A stretch of DNA of 64,000 nt from Thalia democratica (Eukaryota). The notes under the pieces were generated by a model. That model was not told where the DNA came from. It ran no database searches and saw nothing but the letters and a program-made list of their open reading frames with translations. This document shows, piece after piece, positions 39,425 to 51,085 of the stretch. The DNA lies in assembly GCA_965202585.1 (NCBI GenBank), contig OZ241834.1, positions 12,958,001-13,022,000 of the forward strand. Direction: 5' to 3'. Numbering within the stretch: the stretch's first letter is position 1; every line of letters begins with the position of its first letter. Made by a program: the position numbers and the translations under genes.

Positions 39425-42400
39425 TTACAAAAATTGCAAGCTACATGCTATTAAAAACCCAACGATCAAAAACAAAAGCTTTAAAAGTTTTCGTATAGGT
39501 TTTTTATCATTGCTTGCTGGTTCATGATGTACTGAATGCGAAAACTCTGATGGAATTACTTCAACAAAAGTGATATAAATAAAAGTACCTGCCACAAGAC
39601 ATGAAAAAAACGACTGCAAATATAACATAGGCAGAGAGTTTTGAGCTGAAATCACTGCACCTATAAAAGCACCGATTGGCGAAGCAAGACAAAAAGTGCT
39701 ACACAAAACATAAGCCAGAAATGGACGATTAACACCAATAGAATCGAATATTTTTACACCAATTCCGAAGCCGAATGGACATTTATGAAGAGCCAATACT
39801 AAAAATAGTCTAAAAACTACAGCAAGTTTTTTACTCAGACCTATAGACATGCCTTCAAAAACGGAATGAAATACCAGAGAAAAGGTAAGCACCCATATCC
39901 GCGTTACACCAGTTGTTCGCTGATGGGCCTGACTTATTTCAAGTCTCGTAGATGATGCACTTTCAGACCTTCTACGGTGGTTTCCATGGTGATCAACTTC
40001 ACAACAAGAAGTCATGATAGTTTCTACAATTACCACCAAAATTAACCTGTTAAATTATTAAAAATTTCCTTGATTTTTTCTAGCCATATATCAGAAAATA
40101 TCACGCTTTTTTATGTATTTAGTTAAAACTATGTCTAAAAATATGTGTAATGTTACAAATTATAAATTAAATAAATAAATATTATTAAGGGCATAGTGGT
40201 GGGGGTAAAACACTTTTTTCACAATTTGGTCTAATTTTATAGAGTTTTAACTAAGCTACAAGTTGCTTTTTACAAATTTTAAAGCTCAAAATAATTTTTG
40301 AGATAAAGCCAGTCGAAGTCGGAGGCAACAATATATTCCTTATGGGGGGCGCAAAATAAAACAGCAAAAAAAGACTATTTCACTAAAAACCTATCTTCTC
40401 TTATGTTTTTTTGAGAAAATGACCTCAGACTTTCATGAAATGTTCATTGCAGTATTTTCTAAAATCCGGCGGAAAAAAATTAAAAAATAAAATTTTTATG
40501 GCTAAAAAACAAAAAAAAAGTCTTTTTTGTTAATTTTTTGTATAAGATTTTGATTTTTTTTTTAATTTTTTCCAACAGAATTTTCAAAATATTGCAATGA
40601 ACATTTCCTAAAAGTAAGAGGTATTTATCTCAAAAACGGAGGAGATATATTTTTAGTGATTTCTAGTTATTTGCGGTTTTAGTTTGCGCCTCCCATTAAG
40701 AACCTGTTATAGTCTTTGACTTTGACCGGCTATATCTCAAAAATTATTTTGAACCTTTAAAATCTGTAAAAAGCAACTTGTAGCTTAGTTAAATCTCTAT
40801 AAATAAAACTAAATTATGAAAAAGGTGATTTACCCCCACTCCTATGCCCTTAATATCAGTTTACTTTTTTTCATTACAATCACATCAAAAATATACATAT
40901 TAATAGTTTTATTATCAGGTAACATTTAAAAAATACATATACAAAATTAGATTAGTTGTTTACAAACTACTCATAACAACTTATCTTTTATGTTAAACAG
41001 TTTCGCAAGACAACCTAAATATAGATATATACTATTTTTAGTAAATAACCTTTTTTCAGTAGTGACTTAATATTATCATTTCGTCTAATTAGAAAAATTA
41101 GATATATAAATAATCTACACATTTATTACAACCCGAGAATAGCTTTTTCTATCCATTTCAACATTTCAGAAATGTGTATATAGCTTTCATTGTCAAAAAT
41201 ATATAACTTGAGATAAGTTAAAAATCACAGTAAAATTTATTAAAAACTATATATATAAAGTTTTTTCCAAAGATTGCTATTAAGATTCAAAACTATATAG
41301 TTTTACTATACATACATTCCAACGTAAAAATCAATTAAAATAAAATTCTCAAGTTATAAGTCAAATAAAAGTGGAATAAATTTATAAGCTATCAATTGTT
41401 TATGGCATAATTAAAAAAATGACTAGCTTAAAAAAACACAAGAAAAAAAATGTTTTTAAATATTTTCTACTATCAAAAAACTTAAGAAAAAATTTCTGTT
41501 TTTATTTTTTGTCCAAAACTTACATTATTCAAAAGTTTGTATAAATTTTTATATCTTATAAAAAGCTACTTACAGCTTTAATTGTTACATTTTTGTCGAA
41601 CTTTTGGATTTTGAGAGTTTAGCTTTAGAGGTTAATTTTTTAGTAAGTTAAAACTAAAATTAATTCAGAACAATATGATCCAAAATAATTAAATATGTAA
41701 CAATAATTAGTTATAATGTTAGATTGGTAAATATTTTATAGTTTTTCAATTCTTACACTTAAACTTATAAACACTAAATTCAACAACTTAAACCATTGAA
41801 ATTCATACGAGGTTGCCACTCTTAACAACAAAGTTTTAGAAATACAATATAGCCTGAGCTTACCGGCAAAATTAAAGCAGTATAAAAAATTTATTATGTA
41901 ATTTTGGCAAATAAACTTAATAATTAATTGTTGATTAAGTTTTTAAATTAAAAATTGGCAAACTTTGAAAAAAATACATTATTTAAAAAAACTAAAATAA
42001 CCTAATATTTACAATAAGTTTCAAAAACACTAAAACTAGCTTTTTTTTTAAATTTCAAACAAGCCAGAGTGATTACCAATTTTGCGCAAAGCTTAAAACT
42101 AATAAAAATAGAAAAAAATACTTTTCTTAATAGTTTATACTTGTTTAATTTATATTTTTAATTAATTTGTACAACTTAATACATAAAACTTACTTACCCA
42201 AAACTAATCATAAATTCTGCAATTGGATAAGTTGTTTCTGTTAAACCTGTGTTAAGTTTTTAACTTTTCCAAATCTTATAAGGTAATTTTTAATATAAAC
42301 AACTTATATCTTTAAAAAAAACATTTAAACTATTTTTCATTTTTTTAATCAACAAGATTACAATATTAACTTACTCTTTTGATTAATCATGGTGAGGTTT

Positions 42401-44630
42401 AAAATGGAATGCACATCTTGTTGTGCAGATGGAATCATGTCTAAAATGCAAACCCCCAAAAACAAACCTCCACAAAAGCAGTTTATACCACTGATAACAT
42501 TGTATCTTGTTAGCTTCTGTAAAAAATATTGGAATAATTTGAACTAATAACTTATTTTTTAGTTGTAATACTTTAATTGAAGTTTAGATGTTAGTTTTTG
42601 TAAAAAAAATGTTGAAATTGTCCTATGCCTTTGAAAACTAATCCAACATTTATAGGTGTTCTTAAGCCCTGTTTTTATTTTTAATTGATGAAAAATATTA
42701 TTATAATATTTATACTAGTGATATTTTTCATCAATTAAAAATAAAAACAGGGCTTAAGAACACCTATAAATGTTGGATTAGTTTTCAAAGGCATAGGACA
42801 ATTTCAACATTTTTTTTACAAAAACTAACATTGGCTATTATTTAAAAGCTTATGGAAAACACAGTAAGATACTTTTTATAGAACAAAAACAGCTCAATTA
42901 ACTTTTTAGATATAACTAGTTTTGTAAAAAAATCAACTACAACTGTATGGAATCAAAAGTTTTCAAGGCTGATTTTATTAGAAATTTGAAAAGTTTTATA
43001 AAAAATAGTCCTATACATGACGTTAAAAAGTATTCAAGTGGTGTACAACTTGATAACCATAAGGTTTTTTAGTACACCAGGTCCTAGAACCAAATATTTT
43101 TAGCGTTTTTTTGGTTGCTCAGTAACCACTAAGACTATAAAAATCAATCTTTTTGTTTATTTTTAAAGCAATTCACTTTAAATTTTTGAAAAGTGTTTTT
43201 CAATATTACAATCAACTTGTAAAAAGCAGATTAAAACCAAATAAGTTATTACTAAAGTTGAAAAACCCAAAAAAAATATTCAGAAAAAATCAAAAAATCT
43301 GTTCTATACAAGTTTTTTTGAATTTGTTAAAAATTACTATGAAAAATTTATAAAATCATTGCTCAAAAACTGAAGGAGATAAATTTTAAGTGAACCTTGG
43401 TATGCCTTTTTAGTATGCCCCTCCCAATGAGAACCTATAGAAATCTCTTATATATCAAAATTTACTTTGAATTTTAAAGCGGTAAAAAAACTAATAGCTT
43501 AATTAACTAAATAAAAAACAAGACTAATTTCTACAAGAAGTGTTTTACCTCTCTATGCCCTAAAAGGTATGCTATAAAAACATATAAAAAGGGCTAGCTA
43601 TAAGTAATAGAAAAAAAAAACATGAAATTATTAAAAGTAAAAAGCGTAAATATTTAAAAAGTTTTTAAAAACTACAGCTTACTTGTAATTTTATTCAACT
43701 AAAAAATACAGAAACAGTTAAAATTAATATGAATTTGTTGATTTAGGTAAACCAAAACAGTATTTTTTTTGGTAACAAATGAATTTAAAAAAATAACCAG
43801 TGGCAAAATTTTTTTAATTTTATATAATTTAAATTTGCATAATAAAGTCTCGAAAAAATAAATATATTATTTCTCCTTTAATAGTTGAGATCTCTTTATT
43901 TGTTTTCTAAAAATCAAAACATATAGTAATATTATTACAATGGAAAATATAAATAGTAATTAAAAAAAAAATTGATTACATGAAGACTATTACAAAAATT
44001 TAAATTTATAATGAAAGAAAAAAAGTTTTCAGTTTTAACTTTAGCTAGTAACCTAGTGAGAAAACAAATTTTAAACCTTTATATTTTTAAGAGTTCTTTA
44101 AAGACTAAAATTATACAGAGTATCATCAGGAAGCAAAAAGAAAGTTTATTTTATAAATAAGGTTGACCCTCCACTTAAAATAAAATTTATTTTTCTACAA
44201 GTACTACAATTCTTTTAACAAAATATCATATTTACATTAAATCTTATGAAAATTGTCTTAGATTTTATTAGTATATATTAATATTTATACATTCTATTAG
44301 CATTTTAACTAAATTAAATTTCACTAAGTGCTACAAATACTTATAAGATAAACAAACTTGAAAAATATTATTTTTGTTTCTGTTTTGTATAGAGATATCA
44401 TTTTTTCTAGTGCTTTGTTGAACAATTGAAACAGCTTCTAAATTGTTATTAGTAGTGCTTTCTTCTTGTTCTAGATTATCTAACAAAGCAACTTTTTCTG
44501 CATTTTTAAGTTTTTTAATTAAAGTTCCTTTTTGACTTTGGATAACATATGATGGTAAAATAACACAAAAAATAAAAGATAAAACAAATAATCCAACAGC
44601 AGATAATAGTTGTCCAACCCAAAGTTCCAT
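39425..44630 (-). CDS. SLC39A: ZIP (SLC39) family zinc/iron transporter, subfamily II (ZIP1/2/3-like), ~358 aa, complete
   Basis: Exons (minus): 44630-44358, 42516-42375, 42237-42198, 40046-39425 (1077 nt, phases consistent). Motifs: INCFCGGLFLGVCILDMIP, YPIAEF, FHSVFEG (TM4), LALHK (TM5), GTFIYITFVEVIP. Exact paralogue not assignable. Confidence 0.93.
40189..40849. mobile_element. Kolobok-like TTAA-flanked MITE, 661 bp, ZIP intron 3
   Basis: Ends GGGCATAG..GTGGGGGTAAA / TTTACCCCCAC..CTATGCCC, TTAA on both sides, long imperfect inverted arms. Purine-purine termini plus TTAA fit Kolobok better than piggyBac (CCY). Confidence 0.8.
42588..42831. repeat. Perfect inverted duplication: 111-bp arms with 22-nt spacer, ZIP intron 1
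   Basis: 42588-42698 is the exact reverse complement of 42721-42831 by eye; no flanking TSD. Confidence 0.95.
43016..43120 (+). repeat. Unclassified short interspersed repeat, copy B
   Basis: CATGACGTTAAAAAGTATTCAAGTGGTGTACAACTTGATAACCATAAGGTT...CCAGGTCCTAGAACCAAATATTT matches the family consensus. Confidence 0.7.
43420..43560. mobile_element. Right-end fragment of Kolobok-like family
   Basis: Ends CTCTATGCCC; internal similarity to 59810-59935. Confidence 0.5.
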
Positions 44631-44715
44631 TGTAAATTATGTAATTAAGTTGTAAAAATCTACCTGCAACAATCAAACATTTTATTTTGAATAGTCTAAA
44701 ACTAATTATTCATAA

Positions 44716-44830
44716 CAGGGTTGCCACTCTTTGAGGTCAAAAAGCCAGCTTGAGTTACATCAAACTAGCTAAATTTGGTCTGAGTTGAAAAAATAATAGT
44801 ATAAGATAAAAACTAGAGTTAAGCACATAG
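44716..44830. mobile_element. Left-end fragment of CAGGGTTGCC-family element upstream of the ZIP ATG
   Basis: CAGGGTTGCCACTCTTTGAG, same start as the 45671 element; no matching right end nearby; end approximate. Confidence 0.55.
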
Positions 44831-45282
44831 GGGAGCAAGAGTCAATCTTGATTTTGACAGGTTGATCTTAATCTGTAGTTTTATTTGAGTTAACAGACAT
44901 TTTTAAGCACTTAGAAATATTCAAATTAACTTTTGAGATATAAGCGATCAAAGTGGTGTGCTCTATAAGATCACTATGGAAAGTACAAACCAAAAACACA
45001 AAAAAGTATCTTCTCCTTCATTTTTAACCAATATTCTTTAAATATTAAAACATAATTCATTAATAAATTTTAAATAGATTGAATGCAGGAATGGTTTTAA
45101 TTTTGAAAAATAAAAAAATTATTAAAAAAAAAAAAGCATATTTATTTAGTTTTTTTAACCTCTAACTTTTTTAATTTTTAACATTTTCAAAATCACATAA
45201 GTCAAAGTTATTTAAACTATAAAAAAAGGGTTCCGGAAAAATTGAGGTCTTTAGCTATAAAACAAAGGAGAAAATAGATTAA

Positions 45283-47393
45283 GGGCATAAGGGTGGGGGG
45301 TAAATCACTTTTTTTCACAACATGATCTTATTTTATATGGTTTTTACTAAGCTACAAAATGCTTTTTACAGATTGCAAAAATTAAAAATAATTTTTGAGA
45401 TATAGCTGGTCAAAGTCGGAGGCAACAATAGGCTTCTTATGGGAGGCGCAAACTAAAACAGCAAAAGTAGACTATTTCACTAAAAATATATCTTCTCCTA
45501 CATTTTTTGAGATAACTGTCTTAAAGTTTTAGGAAGTGTTCCTTGATATATTTAGAAAGTTCTATCTAAGATAATTCTTTTTTAAATTAAAAAATAAAAA
45601 GTTTATATAAAAAATAAACAAAAAAAACTTTTTTTTTTGTTAATTTTTATAAAATTTTATTTTTTAATTTCAGGGTTGCCACTCTTTGAGCCAAAAAATC
45701 TTCCCTGAGTAACCAAAAATTTCCCTGAGTAACCTTAAATTCCCTGAGTTTCCCTGAGTATTTTTCAAATCTTAAAAAAAAAAAAATCTCTTCTAACATA
45801 AATTATTAATACCTCATTCTCATTTTTCTTCTTTAATAATAAAAGGAAGGTTGTATGTGTATGCTTCTGCATTAAATTTATGAAAAAAACTGTTTTCAAA
45901 AACTCAATCTTAAAAGGTTTAAACCAATTAAAAATTAAAAACTAAATTTTTGCACAACTTTGTGTAAACTTGTTAGTTAACTTTCTACATAAAAGAATAA
46001 AGTTTAATTTGTTTGACATACATAATAACTTCATTATGACTTGTATGTCTTTCCTAGCAACTGTTCTGAATGCAGTAAATAAAACTTAAAAGCTTAACAT
46101 TATTGTAAAAAAACCTGCAAAAAGAAAGTTTAAAGAAATAGCTAAAGAAATATGTCATATCAAAGTACAACTTAATACCTAACAACTGATACAAAATAAT
46201 CTAAAATAATTTTTTTTTTATGTCTTTTAGATGTTCATACACAATCTATTTTAAATAACTGAAAACATAATTTTGATTTTAAAACAATTTCACATTACCT
46301 AATAAAAAAATCTTAATACTGTTTTTTTAAGTATGCAATTTCTAAATCAATAGTTTTAATTTTATTTTCAAGTTTATTTGAGTTGTCCTTAGCAGCTATT
46401 CCTCTTGCTAATAATTCTTTCATTGCAAAAAAGTTGTAAAGTTTATTAAAACATTCACAATAAAATATTTAATTACAATTACTGCTACTACTTTTGAAAT
46501 TATTATTTATAAACAAAAATTTAACCTCTATTTTTTTAACAAAAGTAATACAACACTAATCTGTATTCATTTTATTTTTTTTTACTGAAAACAAGTATGT
46601 AAACAGATAACAAATAACTTTATTATTTAAAAAATAAGAACTAATAGTACAACATAGTGTTTTTTAAACTACATAAGTAACTAAAAATAAAAAGTTTATT
46701 AGAACTTTTCAATGAATAGTTAACAACAACTTTCATTTCTCTAAACTGTTTGATTTTACTTAAGTATATATATAAATTTAAAACTTAAAAAAACTACAAT
46801 GTTAATACCAAGAATATTGAAGAACCAGCCGCAAGGCTAAAAAATTCTAAATAACCACTTAAATAATAAAAATTACTACTTTTGAACAAAATATTGAAAC
46901 TGGATTAACTAAACCTCATTCTAGATCTAGAAAAAATTCCCTGAGATTTTCAAAAACTTCCCTGAAATTTAGAGAAAAAATGAAAACTCCCTGAGTTTCC
47001 CTGAGTTAAAAGAAAAATGCCAAAATTCCTTGAGTTTCCCTGAGATTTTCTACAGTTTGAAAATTCACTGAGATTCCCTAAGTTCCGTGAGTGTGTGGCA
47101 ACCCTGTAATTTTTTTAAATTTCATTCCAACAGAACTTTTTTAATATTGCAAGGAAAATTTCCTGAAATATTTAGGTAGTTATCTCAAAAAACGTAGGAG
47201 AAGATATATTTTTAGTAATTTCTAGTTATTTGCTGTTTTAGTTTACGCCTCCCATAAGGAACCTATTGCTTCCTCTGATTTTGACCAGCTATATCTCAAA
47301 AATTATTTTGAATTTTTAATATCTGTAAAAATCATCTTGTAGCTTATTAATAACTATATAAAACAAGATCAAATAGTGAAAAAAGTGTTTTTA
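45283..47393. mobile_element. Kolobok-like MITE split by a nested hAT-like insertion and truncated on the right
   Basis: TTAA|GGGCATAAGGGTGGGGGG left end; 45283-45670 plus 47107-47393 align with the intact copy at 40189-40849. Confidence 0.8.
45671..47106. mobile_element. Long non-autonomous hAT-like element, 1436 bp
   Basis: TIR CAGGGTTGCCAC/GTGGCAACCCTG, arrays of TCCCTGAG at both ends, 6-bp TSD TAATTT, no intact ORF. Confidence 0.9.
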
Positions 47394-47395
47394 TA

Positions 47396-47688
47396 AGTAC
47401 ATATTTTTGGGTCTATTTTTAGTTTAAAGTTAACTTTAAGGTAAAAAACTATGTTAAATAGTATAAAAACATTTAAAAGATACTGTAAAGCTACATCAAA
47501 TGTGTTTTTATATTAAAAATTTTTTGATGATGACAAAGTCTTTTTATATATATGGTATATTTTTTGTGTCTAATCAAAATTTTTAGACATATACTTAAAA
47601 TGTAAAAATTGCTTAAATTTCCAGGTTTTTTAGCCTAAATTGTCAAATTCCAGGTTTTTTCAAGTTTCCAAGTTTTTTAGCAACCATG
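47396..47688. mobile_element. Reverse-oriented partial CAGGGTTGCC/AAACCTGGA MITE
   Basis: TCCAGGTTTT repeats and degenerate TIR TAGCAACCATG; reverse complement of the family internal sequence. Confidence 0.7.
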
Positions 47689-48174
47689 TGTATCTCAAGA
47701 AATTAAATGTACAAAAATAGTTGTTTTGATTTTGTAATGAGCTCTGCTTGGTTAGATCTTAAGGATATATTTTATATTTTTGTATAAAGTATTAAAAATG
47801 TAGCTAAATACTTATTTACTTTATAATTAAAATAAAATCATAATCATCTTTTATTAAGTATATTAAACATTTTATTAAGCACTATTTTTTATTTGAACAC
47901 ATCCAATATATTTAGCTTGTTTTTTTTCTGTATACCAACCTTTTAAGTAAATTAAAAAATATTTGAACGAAAAATAATGAATAGGAATCAAAATATGTGA
48001 GTTTATTATAATTTTACACAAAACCTATACAGTGAGAGTAAGACTGGTTTTTTTAAGATGTTATGCTAATGAATTGATAGTATTCTTATTTTAGCTACGG
48101 GGATTTTTTAACTTATACTTTTGTACTTTGTCAGCCGCAAATCTTCTGAATAGCTAATACTTTATATACTTTTA

Positions 48175-48636
48175 GAGAACGAACCTTTGTCTTTAATTTA
48201 AAAAAAATGGTTTGGGGATTGAATTGTTTCATGGGGTCCCTCCAAAAATAAAGTGTTTTTTTTTCATTATGAATGCCTTAGAACCAAAAATTTTTTTTTT
48301 TGTTTTTCTTCCCTTAGTTTGCTTCTTATTTAGTTCTTAAATGTTTTTTTCATAAATAATGTTAATATCTTTTACGATTTGGCCTCAATCAAGGACCAGA
48401 TTTGCTAAAAAAAAGAACATGATATAAAAGAAAAAAAAAAATTATGAAAAAAACATTTAAGAACTTAAATTACAAGCAAACTAAGGGAAAAAAATAAAAT
48501 AAAAGAAATAATGTTTATTTTTGGTTCTAAGGCGTTCATAATGAAAAAAAAAAACACTTCATTTTTGGAGGGACCCCATGAAATAATTCAATCCCCAAAC
48601 CATTTTTTTTTTAATTAAAGACTAAGATTCGTTCTC
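48175..48636. mobile_element. Foldback MITE with ~185-bp imperfect inverted arms, 462 bp
   Basis: GAGAACGAA...TGGTTTGGGGATTGAATT..CATGGGGTCCCTCCAAAAAT mirrored by ATTTTTGGAGGGACCCCATG..AATTCAATCCCCAAACCA...TTCGTTCTC; TA on both sides. Confidence 0.85.
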
Positions 48637-48977
48637 TAAAATAAAATAAAAAAAAATTAGATAGCTTTAAAGATAAGGAAAATAATTGACATTAAAATTT
48701 TATGTTTTTTTTGAAAAATTAATAAATTTGCGTATAAAATTAACTTTATGCTCGTATTTTAATTGTAAGTTTTAATTAATTAAAATTTTTTCGATATATT
48801 TTCATACATTTGGGTAAGGTTGGTTAGGAAAAAGGTTAAAAGATTTAAAATTTTGTATAAAAAAGGTTAGGGATAGAGGTTCAGAATTCAGATGTTATTT
48901 ATATACTGCAAAGTCCTGTATTATTAATTTAATTATTTTTCATAATGTTATGAATAAAAAAAAATCTAAAACCTTAC

Positions 48978-49556
48978 AACTGCAGCCCACCCGCTTTATA
49001 TATATTTTAATACTGTGTAATTGTGTAGTCGTAGTGTATGTACATGTTACTGAAGTTGCAATCTTATGCCTAGCATTTTAAAAAATGAGAGTTTTACTTG
49101 AGAATTCTTTCTATTGTATTTGATAAATTTATAAATACTTAAAAACGCATGTTTTATAAAACTGTTTCAACTAATAAAATCTTCGTCAGGTATTAAGATC
49201 TTATTAGAATAGAATACTGTTAAGTATTTTTTATGGGAATTAAAGCAGTTTTTTAAAACATGCGTTTTTAAGTATTTACAAATTGTTTAAATATAGTTTA
49301 TTGAACGACAAAACAAACACGCTCGAAATATTTGGTCCCAGGACCTGATGCACGAAGAACCTTTCGGTTATCAAGTTGCACACCACGAATACCTTTCAAT
49401 GTCATGTCCAGGAATCCTGGATCAGGACAAAATACGAAAACCCTAAAGTGAAACTCTTAACTTTTTAAAAGAATAAACATAAAAATGCAACGTTAGTCAC
49501 ATATATATACATACATATAAGTTTATGCGACGGTAATAGGTTAACATCATAGAAAA
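48978..49556. promoter_or_regulatory. Candidate bidirectional promoter region for ZIP (-) and CFAP69 (+)
   Basis: Inference: outward-facing splice donors (minus GTAAGG at 48977; plus GTAAGC at 49557), GC/CpG patches (GCAGCCCACCCGC; GCGACGGTAAT), and unpaired acceptors just upstream of both ATGs. Confidence 0.35.
49298..49440 (-). repeat. Unclassified short interspersed repeat, copy C
   Basis: Reverse complement of the family consensus (AACCTTTCGGTTATCAAGTTGCACACCAC). Confidence 0.75.
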
Positions 49557-49659
49557 GTAAGCAGTATGTCGGGTCATCTAGATTATCGTTTAAAAGTAGG
49601 TTAGGAGGTACCCAACCCACGGCATAAATATTCCTTCAACAACAGTTAATACAGACTAA

Positions 49660-49900
49660 AAACTATGTTTTTGAAAAATAATTAGAACTAAAGATAGGAA
49701 TGAAAATTTTAGCATTAATTGGGAAATTTTAGCACGAACAAAAAACAATTTCAATTATAAACATGGCTGCACTCTCTGCAATATTGAGAACACGAAATCT
49801 CAAAATTAAACTCAAATATAGCTTTAATTAAGCAAAACGAACTTTTTAGTATATTTGTAAACACTTTTATAGCTTTTATTTTTATTAAACTTAAACGTTT
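49660..49900 (+). mobile_element. Penelope-like retroelement remnant (C-terminal part of GIY-YIG endonuclease)
   Basis: 49681 onward reads IRTKDRNENFSINWEILARTKNNFNYKHGCTLCNIE, matching the PLE pattern ...F.I.W.IL...CxLC..E, followed by a degenerate LIKQNELFS. Confidence 0.6.
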
Positions 49901-50057
49901 ATGCCAATTTAATGTATCTTATATATTTTTAATGATTTATTTAGTTACGTAACGATACTTAAAGTTTTTTGCTTGATTTCATCTACATCTTGACTTTTGT
50001 TTTAATATACTATTGTAATATTAAACGACAAATAAAAGAAGCTTAAAATAATTGATC

Positions 50058-50135
50058 CAAGGATCTGTTGTTCGAAGAACCTTTCCGTCATCGAGCCGCA
50101 CACCACGGATACCTTTTAACGTCTTGTCCATGACG
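50058..50135 (-). repeat. Unclassified short interspersed repeat, copy D (partial)
   Basis: CGAAGAACCTTTCCGTCATCGAGCCGCACACCACGGATACCTTTTAACGTCTTGTCCA matches the family. Confidence 0.7.
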
Positions 50136-51085
50136 AACGATAATAAACTAACATAACAGTGAAACATCTATATTAGTAAAACGTAGTGTTTTTTAACATA
50201 TGTATATACGTATATAAATACGCTTAATCAAAATAAAAAAATAGAGTATATAACAAAAACTTTGAACCATTTTCCAAAAAAGACAAAACGAGTAATCTAT
50301 TGTATCTATAGTTACATCCAAACAAAAACTTTCCCAGTGCAGAAAAATAAAACTAAGTAATAAAATTAAGTATAAAAATACTTCAATCATACAGAATAGT
50401 TTTGCCCTATAAGTTCTATGGTTTTTTGACATAGAAAGTGGCAACCCTGATTTAGGGAGTTACAATTAAGTATACAAAAACTTGTAAGACAAGCTTAATT
50501 TTTGAGTTAAATTTAATGATAAAACTAAACTGTATAAGTTAAACTTTGTTTATCTAATTTTTTAGTTCCCAAAATTTGCTATTAAGTTTAGTTGTATTTT
50601 GGTTAAAAAAACCTGTTGTGGTTCTATTTTAAAGTGTTATTTCTTTATAAATTACTATTAAAAATTACATTTTGTTTGTTTTGACCTATAAGTTGTTGGT
50701 TTTTACTTTAGTAACAAGACAATATAATATAGATAAGTAAAGTATAAAAATCTAAAATATAGTTAATTACCTTGAAAATGTTTAGTTATCTAACTGTGTT
50801 GTTTATAATTGTGACCTTATTATGCTTTTTTTTTTTGTTTTAGTTAAAATAGTAAAACTAAAACTAAAATATTGTTTTTATAAGGGTTTGTAAAAATTTA
50901 TTCAAGTTTGTAAGCTATCCAAATAGGTTTTTTTGTTTAAATTTTTTAAGCTAAAAAGGTAAAAACTAAAGTAAAACAGTAATATTTGATCTAAGTTTTA
51001 CTTTAAATTTTATAAAGACTGAATAAACTAATATAGCTTATACTTATACACTTTATTTCAGTACTATGATTTTAAATTTTAAGTA

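Noticed and set aside
45700-45760. Regularly spaced TCCCTGAGT repeats resembling a CRISPR array
   Set aside because: Subterminal repeats of a transposon in a eukaryotic genome; no unique spacers or cas genes.
49335-49375. Hammerhead-ribozyme-like GGAC-CTGATG-CAC-GAA followed by a hairpin and AUC
   Set aside because: The core lacks the full CUGAUGA and GAAA, stem II is essentially absent, and other family copies read CTGGTG or CTAGTG.
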